Source of the DNA: Candidatus Bipolaricaulia bacterium
GTDB lineage: Bacteria; Bipolaricaulota; Bipolaricaulia; JBHIAT01
Direction: 5' to 3'
Length of the DNA: 15,556 nt
NCBI GenBank assembly: GCA_046758705.1
Contig: JBHIAT010000080.1
Coordinates: 1 to 15,556, forward strand
Shown one piece after another: positions 8,788-15,556 of the stretch. Made by a program: the position numbers and the translations under genes. Every line of letters starts with the position of its first letter. Positions within the stretch are counted from its first letter, which is position 1. The notes under the pieces are model-generated. The model ran no database searches. It was not told the DNA's origin and saw only the letters and a program-made list of their open reading frames with translations.

Positions 8788-8973
8788 TTGACAAACCGTC
8801 CGTTTTTCCCCTTGTTGGTGCCGTTGATGGCCGTGCTGTTCATTGCCGTGATCGCAGGTGGGCTGGGGGCACTGTTCTTAGAGATTGGCCGAAACGGGAC
8901 GATCGCCTTGGGATTGGTCATCGTCATCTTGGTGCCGGCTGTAAGTGCCCTGTTGGCCCAAACTAGACGCTAG
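8788..8973 (+). CDS. Small 2-TM membrane protein (61 aa), probably co-transcribed with the oxidase operon
   Basis: Strong RBS (GAAAGGAGGG) before the TTG. Two hydrophobic segments joined by EIGRNG, and a basic C-terminus. Lies 32 bp after ctaG. Confidence 0.65.
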   Translation: MTNRPFFPLLVPLMAVLFIAVIAGGLGALFLEIGRNGTIALGLVIVILVPAVSALLAQTRR

Positions 8974-9200
8974 GTTGGTGATGATGCGGTTAAAAGATCG
9001 GGTGGCGATCATCACCGGGGCGGGCCGGGGCATCGGGCACGAAACGGCGCAGCTGTTCGCCGATCACGGGGCCACCGTCATCGTCTGTGACCTCGATGAA
9101 GCCGCGGGCAAGGATACCGAAGATCCCACTGGGACGATTCGCTCAGCCCCGCGACGTGGCCAACCTCTATCTGTTCTTGGCCAGCGACGAGTCAGATTAT

Positions 9201-9349
9201 TCATTCTTTCAGCGGCTAAAACCGCGTACTTTTAGTGCAATGCTATGTGTACCAGGCCGGGCGCGGCCTGCGTGGAGACGAGAACCTCTGCTTGTGCAAG
9301 TTCCGTCTGTGAAGCGAGAAGCCACGTACTTTAGTGCGTGGAGCGTCAC
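9201..9349 (+). mobile_element. Non-autonomous IS200/IS605-family mini-element (149 bp; left end plus omega-RNA-like right end, no tnpA or tnpB)
   Basis: Removing 9201-9349 restores GAT TAT ATC AAC (D-Y-I-N) with no target duplication. Inserted 3' of TTAT and ends in TCAC. Right end: GAAG followed by hairpin CCACGTAC-TTTA-GTGCGTGG (9318-9341). Left end: AAAA followed by the related hairpin CCGCGTAC-TTTTA-GTGC (9218-9238). Confidence 0.88.
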
Positions 9350-9369
9350 ATCAACGGAGCCGTCATCAC
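9253..9369 (+). ncRNA. Putative TnpB omega-RNA (reRNA) scaffold with a flank-derived guide
   Basis: GCCTGCGTGGAG...GTGAAGCGAGAAG-hairpin-TCAC layout, as in IS605/IS1341 right ends. Stem AGACG(A)GAAC / GTTCCGTCT. GTGA (9309-9312) can pair with the terminal TCAC (9346-9349), like the omega-RNA pseudoknot. The guide would be 9350-9369. Boundaries are approximate and expression is not shown. Confidence 0.6.
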
Positions 9370-9436
9370 CGTGGACGGCGGATTGGTGGTATAATCGACT
9401 GTGCTGGCTGAGGTCAGGCTCAGATCCGGTTCTGGG

Positions 9437-9466
9437 TTGAAAATTTCCCTGATCTCATGCTAACAT
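9437..9466 (+). promoter_or_regulatory. Putative sigma70 promoter of the HTH-nuclease-like gene
   Basis: TTGAAA (9437-9442), 18 bp spacer, TAACAT (9461-9466) with an extended -10 TG at 9458-9459. Confidence 0.5.
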
Positions 9467-9515
9467 GTGATGGTTCAAGCCTCAAGGGCAGGTTATGTTG
9501 TGGGGGTGAGCTGCA

Positions 9516-10607
9516 ATTTACTCCGTCAAGCTATTGACCGATATTCTCGATCTGTCTGAGCAGCAGGTGCGGTGCCGGATTCACGCCCTGGGAAGCTTGC
9601 TCGACCCGTACAGGGAGTGCGGGAGCCACAACCGCATCCTGATTCGCTCAGAGGGCCTGGAACTGCTCGAGAAGCTTGAGTTCTACCTGGCTCCCGGCCG
9701 GACCATTCACCATGCAGTAGAGCACCTGCGGGACGAAATCGAAGGGAGCAACGTACACCGCCCGCTTCCTGCCCCTCCGAAACCCCTGTCATCCCCCCAA
9801 GCACCGTGGTCACCTGAGCATATGTCATCGGAGTTGGGTTTGGAGAGTGAGCTCGTCGATCAGATGAAGGATTGGATTGGTTATCTCAAAAATCAGATCG
9901 AACGGCTCCACGAAGAGAAGAACCAACTCATCCAGCAAATGTTGATGGTGAAGGACTATCAGATCGACCGCCTGCAAACGATACTCCACCACCAGTTCGC
10001 CAAGGCGGAGTTGGGACAGGTCACCCAGATGCTCACCCGTGCGCTGCTCAGTCTGGTGGGCAAAGAAGAACTGGAGCAGGTGGGCGATTACCTCAAGGGC
10101 GGCGGTGTCGATGCCGAGGTTGCCGTCGATATCGAGCGAGAGTTGAACGAGGTCATCGGCAAAGATGACCGCTTGGAAGACGATTACATCGCCAAAGACG
10201 GCCATCGGTGTGACTCCAAGCACGAGAAACAGATCGACGACTACCTGTACGAGAAAGTCGTCCCCCACATTCGCGAACCCCGATATCCTTGGCACCCCAA
10301 ACTCAACCCCGGTACGCCCAACAGCGATCTGACGGAGGAGGACTGGGCACTGTCCCTGTATGCCACCTGGAAGGTCGGAAGGGTGTTCATCGAGTACTTC
10401 CCCCGAGGGCACCCCAAGCTCGAACGGGAGATCGAGCAGAAACATCAGCTGGCGAAAGAAACCGGCATCGAGTTGATCGCTATCTATTCGGAAGATATGG
10501 AGAATTCGGAGTGGCAGGAGAAGCTCCGGCCGTTGACCGAGAAGGGAGGCTGGCGGTACCGCAGTCAGAGTCGGGGCCAGGGCCGAGGGAAACGCCCAAA
10601 GTTCTAG
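9516..10607 (+). CDS. Hypothetical multidomain protein: N-terminal HTH-like domain, Pro-rich linker, coiled coil, C-terminal PD-(D/E)XK/restriction-endonuclease-like domain
   Basis: The frame is open from 9510 and reads IYSVKLLTDILDLSEQQVRCRI (MerR-like HTH pattern), then PLPAPPKPLSSPQAP, a heptad-rich region ELVDQMKDWIGYLKNQIERLHEEKNQLIQQ, and DGHRCDSKHEKQIDDYLY...EPRYP...DW...VFIEYF...K...GIELIAIY. Start is ATT 9516 or TTG 9534. Confidence 0.75.
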   Translation: MYSVKLLTDILDLSEQQVRCRIHALGSLLDPYRECGSHNRILIRSEGLELLEKLEFYLAPGRTIHHAVEHLRDEIEGSNVHRPLPAPPKPLSSPQAPWSPEHMSSELGLESELVDQMKDWIGYLKNQIERLHEEKNQLIQQMLMVKDYQIDRLQTILHHQFAKAELGQVTQMLTRALLSLVGKEELEQVGDYLKGGGVDAEVAVDIERELNEVIGKDDRLEDDYIAKDGHRCDSKHEKQIDDYLYEKVVPHIREPRYPWHPKLNPGTPNSDLTEEDWALSLYATWKVGRVFIEYFPRGHPKLEREIEQKHQLAKETGIELIAIYSEDMENSEWQEKLRPLTEKGGWRYRSQSRGQGRGKRPKF

Positions 10608-10667
10608 AGATTTCGCCCTCTCGCACGGCAAAGGAAACACCCTGCTGCCAGCTGTTAGAATCTCCTG

Positions 10668-11288
10668 TTAGAACCTCATCCGCCACCGCAGGCCACGATG
10701 TCTGCCGAAGGGCCTGAATTTGAATTCGAACTCAATACCCAGCTGCTCTCGGGCCACCCGCGCGGCATCCCGGCTGCTGAACCGCCGCCACACGCCGGTC
10801 AACACCTTGCCAGCTGCCAGGATCACCAGGCTGTTCTGGAAGTCAGCCAGGGACTGAGCTTCGAATGTCGTCTTGAGAGTATCCCTGATTACTCCCACGG
10901 GAGTGTTCACCCAGTCGATGGCCGTGATCGTATTTCTGAGATCGGCCGGGAGATTCTGCCAGGTGAACAGGAGGGTCGCTCCTTTCACGCCGAGGAAGAC
11001 GGCGGCGTGCAACACGCCTTTCCCCACCTCTCCGTTCCTGAACTGTCCCAACCCCGGGAACAGGGCAGACTGTCCCGCCCGTCTTATCGGGGTCGTCAGC
11101 AGGTTGACCCGGTTGCGGGTCGCCTCGAAATCCTCCAAAGTGAGCTCCCCCAGACGCTTCGATCTGATGTCCTCCGGGAGTAGTTGCTCCAGGGCAGGCC
11201 TGCCTCTTTCCGTCTGCGCCGCATGGCTGACGACAGCCATTGCCATCAGTGAAGCGACCAACAGAATTGACACTACGAAACGCTTCAT
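10668..11288 (-). CDS. Secreted/envelope hypothetical protein (206 aa) with an SALFPGLGQ motif
   Basis: GAGGAGG RBS before ATG 11288. Sec signal peptide MKRFVVSILLVASLMAMAVVSHA. SALFPGLGQFRNGEVGKG motif (DUF5683-like). Terminal Phe. The longer N-terminus in the ORF track overlaps the permease and is rejected. Confidence 0.75.
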   Translation of the reverse strand: MKRFVVSILLVASLMAMAVVSHAAQTERGRPALEQLLPEDIRSKRLGELTLEDFEATRNRVNLLTTPIRRAGQSALFPGLGQFRNGEVGKGVLHAAVFLGVKGATLLFTWQNLPADLRNTITAIDWVNTPVGVIRDTLKTTFEAQSLADFQNSLVILAAGKVLTGVWRRFSSRDAARVAREQLGIEFEFKFRPFGRHRGLRWRMRF

Positions 11289-11305
11289 TTTGACCTCCTC
11301 TGTCC

Positions 11306-12418
11306 TTACTCTCGTGCGAAGTTGAAGGTGCGCAACGCAACGATGAACGTCAGGACGATCCAGCCACCCACAAACGCCAGCTCCGTTCCTAACGCCAACA
11401 GCGTCTCCCCGTCGAGCGCCACCGCTCGCAACGCCTTCAGCAACCACGTCAACGGCAGCACCTCGACGATCCTCTGCATGATCCCCGGCAGCGCGTCGAC
11501 CGGGAAAAACACCCCCGCCAGGAACATCATCGGCATGGTGATCACGTTCGCCATCCCCTCAGCCGACCTCGATGTCTGGCTCAAGCCGGCGACGATGAAC
11601 CCGAGGTTCAGGAAGATCAGGTTCCCCAACAGCGCCAGGATGTAGATATAGATCAGATTGCCATAGATGTTGACGTCGTAGACAAGCTTGGCGATCCCAA
11701 TGATCAACGACGTCTGCACCAGAGCCAAGATCAGGTAAGAGGTCACCTCGGCGGTGAGAAACCGCCTCACCGACAGCGGCGTCGCCAGAATCCGCTTCAG
11801 GATCCGCTGCTCTCGATACCGGGAGATGCTCACCGCGATCCCGATCACGGACGAGGTCATGAGCGCCATCCCGATGACGCCGGGCGTGAGGAAATCCATG
11901 TAAGTGAGCTGTTTGGCATCCAGGGGATGCTCCTCGAGCGTGAACAGCTGTGGGGCGCCTGCAGCTTGTAGATTGGCTTCGGACGTGAACTGGCGTAGGA
12001 ACCCGAGGACGATCGGATTCATCTGCACGTTCTTCTGATCGAAGTAAACCTGGAGTGCGGCGGTCGTGGTCGAAGGGAGCGACGCACCGGCACCGACTTG
12101 AGGCGACCCGGACCCGAACGACTCGGGGATGACGATGACGAAGCTCAGCTCACCGTCCTTGAGCGCCTGTCGACCGGTGGCCTCGTCGGTGATGGTCTCA
12201 TCAATCTCGAAGAAATCGATCTCGCGCAGTTGCTCCACCATGATCTGTGAGACTGGTGAATTCACCTGGTCGATGATGGCCACGTCCGCGCCTCCACCGT
12301 CGTCGAAGTTGAACAGGCCGAAGATGAGAATGAACATGATCGGGAAGACCAGGGCCCAAAAGAGCGTCTGGCGGTCGCGGTACATCATCTTGAGGTCGGC
12401 AATCAGTAACTTTAGCAT
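11306..12418 (-). CDS. ABC-2 type exporter permease
   Basis: RDRQTLFWALVFP, a large extracytoplasmic loop, YMDFLTPGV, REQRILKRILATP, FLAGVFFPVDALP and LPLT. Confidence 0.93.
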   Translation of the reverse strand: MLKLLIADLKMMYRDRQTLFWALVFPIMFILIFGLFNFDDGGGADVAIIDQVNSPVSQIMVEQLREIDFFEIDETITDEATGRQALKDGELSFVIVIPESFGSGSPQVGAGASLPSTTTAALQVYFDQKNVQMNPIVLGFLRQFTSEANLQAAGAPQLFTLEEHPLDAKQLTYMDFLTPGVIGMALMTSSVIGIAVSISRYREQRILKRILATPLSVRRFLTAEVTSYLILALVQTSLIIGIAKLVYDVNIYGNLIYIYILALLGNLIFLNLGFIVAGLSQTSRSAEGMANVITMPMMFLAGVFFPVDALPGIMQRIVEVLPLTWLLKALRAVALDGETLLALGTELAFVGGWIVLTFIVALRTFNFARE

Positions 12419-12433
12419 CGGTATCTGTATCGG

Positions 12434-13363
<930 letters not shown>

Positions 13364-13376
13364 GATGATCTTGGGG

Positions 13377-13405
13377 ATTTTACAGAGTCTTGCTGGATGA
13401 GTCAA
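13377..13405 (-). promoter_or_regulatory. Sigma70 promoter for the minus-strand ABC operon
   Basis: On the minus strand: TTGACT, 17 bp spacer, TAAAAT, 13 nt upstream of ATG 13363. Confidence 0.65.
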
Positions 13406-13436
13406 GCGCAAGTGAAAGCCACCCGACCATTGAATT

Positions 13437-13465
13437 TTTACGGTCCGGGAAGTTAAGATTAGAAT
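13437..13465 (+). promoter_or_regulatory. Putative sigma70 promoter for the plus-strand ABC operon
   Basis: TTTACG, 17 bp spacer, TAGAAT (13460-13465), 5 nt before ATG 13471. An alternative is TTGAAT (13430), 18 bp spacer, TAAGAT. Confidence 0.5.
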
Positions 13466-13470
13466 CGTGA

Positions 13471-14400
13471 ATGGAGATGATCTCAACCAAGGGTTTGACC
13501 CGGGAGTTCGATGGGATCGTCGCCGTTCGGGACCTCGATCTAGACATCGAGGAGGGTGAAGTCTTTGGGTTTCTCGGCCCGAACGGTGCGGGGAAGACCA
13601 CCACCGTTCGCATGCTCACCTGCCTGATCGCTCCCACTTCCGGGAGGGCATTCGTCACGGAGCTGGAGGTCGGAATCGATGATCAGGAGATCAGAAGGCA
13701 GGTCGGGGTGCTGACGGAGGCGCCGGGACTCTACGAGAAGTTATCCGCCTACCGAAATCTGGAGTTCTACGCCGAGCTCTACGGTGTCCCGGATCAGGAA
13801 AAAAAGCGTCAAATCGAAAAGTATCTTCACATGCTCGACCTGTGGTCCCGAAAAGATGACCCAGTCGGAAGCTTCTCGAAGGGGATGCGTCAGAAGGTCG
13901 CCATCGCCCGCACACTGCTTCACGAGCCTAAGGTGCTGTTCCTGGATGAGCCGACCTCCGGACTCGATCCGGAAGCGGCCAAGATCGTCCGCGATTTCAT
14001 CGCGGAACTGGCCGAGCAAGAACGGACGATCTTCCTGTGCACCCACAACCTCGATGAGGCAGACAGGCTGTGTGACCGGATCGGGTTCATGAACGAGCAG
14101 CTGATCGAGGTGGGGACGCCCGAGGGGCTGAAAGGCAAACGCTATGGGAAAAAGATCGCCATCCATTTACGAAAACCGCTCCTGGGCATCGAACGGGCTC
14201 TCGACTTCGACTTCGTTGAGGAGATTCACCCAACGGACAACCGATTGATCATTACACTCAGCGATCCCGAAACGCAGAATCCACTGCTCATTAAGAAGAT
14301 CGTCGAAATGGGCGGGGAGATCCAATACGTAAACGAATTGAAGCACAGTTTGGAGGATGTGTATCTGGAGCTCATGAAGGAGGGTGACGATGACGGGTAG
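13471..14400 (+). CDS. ABC exporter ATP-binding protein
   Basis: GPNGAGKTT, FSKGMRQK signature, LFLDEPTSGLDP, CTHNLDEA and SLEDVYL. Confidence 0.95.
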   Translation: MEMISTKGLTREFDGIVAVRDLDLDIEEGEVFGFLGPNGAGKTTTVRMLTCLIAPTSGRAFVTELEVGIDDQEIRRQVGVLTEAPGLYEKLSAYRNLEFYAELYGVPDQEKKRQIEKYLHMLDLWSRKDDPVGSFSKGMRQKVAIARTLLHEPKVLFLDEPTSGLDPEAAKIVRDFIAELAEQERTIFLCTHNLDEADRLCDRIGFMNEQLIEVGTPEGLKGKRYGKKIAIHLRKPLLGIERALDFDFVEEIHPTDNRLIITLSDPETQNPLLIKKIVEMGGEIQYVNELKHSLEDVYLELMKEGDDDG

Positions 14401-15121
14401 TACCAGCAGGTTGATATCGCTCATCAAAAAAGAGTGGGAGGAGGGAGTGCAGAACAAGATGGTGTTGCTGGGGGTGGTCGTGCTTCCTCTGTTCTTCACC
14501 GGGTTTTCCGTCTACTTCTTGTATCAGTATAAGCAGGCGGGAGATCCGATCTCCCAGATTATTCTGCTCAATCAGACGATGTTCTACTTCCTGCTGCTGC
14601 CGGTCATCATCCCGTTAGCGATCGCGGTATATGCCATCGTCGGGGAGAAGGATCAGGGAAGCTTGGAACCGCTGCTGGCAACTCCACTCACTGATTTTGA
14701 GCTGTTTCTGGGAAAGGCCCTGGCTTCAGTCATCCCGGCACTGCTCATCACCTGGATCTCCTTCGGCCTGTTCGTCGGGATCGCTGCATTGCTCGTTTCG
14801 AGCGAAACCCTGCCGGCGGTGCTGACCCTTCCTTGGTTGCTGGTCATCTTTGCCCTATCTCCACTGATCTCGATCTTTTCGGTGACGGTTACAATGGCGA
14901 TCTCGTCACGGGTGAATGACACACGTGCTGCTTACCAACTGAGCAGCTTCGCGCTTCTGCCGATTCTCGTCCCGCTGATCTTTTACAGCACCCGAAAGGC
15001 ATTGATCGGCTTGTCGGTTATCGGGTTGGAAGCGGGGATCGTTCTCGTCATCGATATCGGGATGCTCTACCTGGGGATCAAGATTTTCAAACGAGAGGAG
15101 ATCCTGACACGATGGAGGTGA
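14390..15121 (+). CDS. ABC-2 type transporter permease
   Basis: LIKKEW, AIVGEKDQGSLEPLLATPL...LFLGK motif, about 6 TM helices, FKREEILTRW end. Overlaps the ATPase stop. RBS AGGAGGGTG. Confidence 0.92.
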   Translation: MTGSTSRLISLIKKEWEEGVQNKMVLLGVVVLPLFFTGFSVYFLYQYKQAGDPISQIILLNQTMFYFLLLPVIIPLAIAVYAIVGEKDQGSLEPLLATPLTDFELFLGKALASVIPALLITWISFGLFVGIAALLVSSETLPAVLTLPWLLVIFALSPLISIFSVTVTMAISSRVNDTRAAYQLSSFALLPILVPLIFYSTRKALIGLSVIGLEAGIVLVIDIGMLYLGIKIFKREEILTRWR

Positions 15122-15125
15122 GGAG

Positions 15126-15556
15126 ATGAAGATTGCAGTCGCCACCGATGAACGGACCCATCTGACGGATCTCGTGGTTGAGGAGTTGAAGCGAAGCGGC
15201 CACGAGCTTAAACTGTTCGGTCCCTTAACTGGGACGGATGAGGAGGGTGAGGAATGGGCTGAGGTAAGCCAGAAACTTGCCGAGGTGGTTGCCGCCCAGG
15301 AATGCGATGAAGGCGTGTTGTTCTGCTGGACCGGGACGGGTTCCTGCATCGCGGCCAACAAGGTGCCAGGGATCCGAGCGGCGTTGTGTTTCGATGCCGA
15401 AACGGCCACCGGAGCCAGAAAGTGGAACCACGCCAACGTGCTGGTGATGAGCCTGCGACTGACTTCTGAGGCAAACGCGAAGGAGATCCTCGATGCCTGG
15501 TTCTCCTCACCCTACGGAACCGAGGACTTTGACATCAGAAACGTGGACGGGGTTCG
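15126..15556 (+). CDS. RpiB/LacA/LacB-family sugar-phosphate isomerase (divergent; 3' end outside the window)
   Basis: Not in the ORF track because it has no stop in the window. Manual translation: MKIAVATDE...GVLFCWTGTGSCIAANKVPGIRAALCFDAETATGARKWNHANVLVMSLR...ILDAWF. RBS GGAGGTGAGGAG overlaps the permease stop. Confidence 0.9.
   Translation, partial: MKIAVATDERTHLTDLVVEELKRSGHELKLFGPLTGTDEEGEEWAEVSQKLAEVVAAQECDEGVLFCWTGTGSCIAANKVPGIRAALCFDAETATGARKWNHANVLVMSLRLTSEANAKEILDAWFSSPYGTEDFDIRNVDGV

Larger units (their letters stand above)
8981..9394 (+). pseudogene. Short-chain dehydrogenase/reductase (FabG-like) pseudogene, internally deleted and interrupted by an insertion
   Basis: N-terminus [18 protein letters not shown] (TGxxxGIG). 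It shifts frame at about 9118 into the C-terminal [27 protein letters not shown] (to 9200), and resumes after the 149-bp insertion as INGAVITVDGGLVV* (9350-9394). The NNAG and YxxxK regions are missing. Confidence 0.9.

Noticed and set aside
9201-9349. Insertion as a self-splicing group I intron/IStron, tRNA or riboswitch
   Set aside because: At 149 bp it is too short for a group I core, does not end in the required G, and shows no cloverleaf or aptamer consensus. IS200/IS605 end features explain it.
9387-9395. Perfect extended -10 (TGGTATAAT)
   Set aside because: It coincides with the SDR final codons GTG GTA TAA and has no -35. It may be incidental, although it cannot be excluded as a second promoter.
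8945-9440. ORF-track ORFs 8945-9235 and 9087-9440 as real genes
   Set aside because: They are chimeras of SDR fragments and read-through into the inserted element.
9201-10607. Functional link between the omega-RNA-like element and the downstream nuclease-like gene (novel RNA-guided nuclease)
   Set aside because: The element sits inside an unrelated SDR remnant. The gene lies outside the element ends, has its own promoter, and has no RuvC or zinc-finger motifs of TnpB. Adjacency alone is not evidence; it would need conserved co-occurrence in other genomes.
9825-10640. 271-aa antisense ORF opposite the HTH-nuclease-like gene
   Set aside because: Codon-aligned antisense shadow with no recognisable domain. 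The plus strand has the coherent domain structure and a promoter.
13364-13486. Extended N-terminus of the minus-strand ABC ATPase (ORF track start 13486)
   Set aside because: It overlaps the divergent gene and promoters. ABC homology begins at MSVIVVEEL.

Overview
Chromosomal window from a GC-rich bacterium. Its core is a complete aerobic respiration operon on the + strand (1558-8973): heme A synthase (ctaA), heme O synthase (ctaB), an A1-type caa3 cytochrome c oxidase (subunit II with a fused cytochrome c, subunit I, short subunit III), an unusual subunit IV-cytochrome c fusion, the assembly factor CtaG and a small 2-TM ORF. A clear sigma70 promoter and a Fur-box-like site lie upstream. Further upstream are a PaaI-like thioesterase with an apparent internal deletion and an SPFH/stomatin gene. 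Directly after the operon is a degraded SDR (FabG-like) pseudogene. It is interrupted by a 149-bp ORF-less IS200/IS605-family mini-element (9201-9349), inserted cleanly after TTAT. The element keeps both TnpA end hairpins with matching guide tetranucleotides and a TnpB omega-RNA-like scaffold, so it may be a guide-RNA-only transposon. Next come an HTH/coiled-coil/PD-(D/E)XK-like fusion protein, a secreted hypothetical protein, two divergent ABC-2 exporter pairs with short-leader promoters, and a divergent RpiB-family gene that runs off the window end. All family assignments come from motif recognition by eye; no searches were run.
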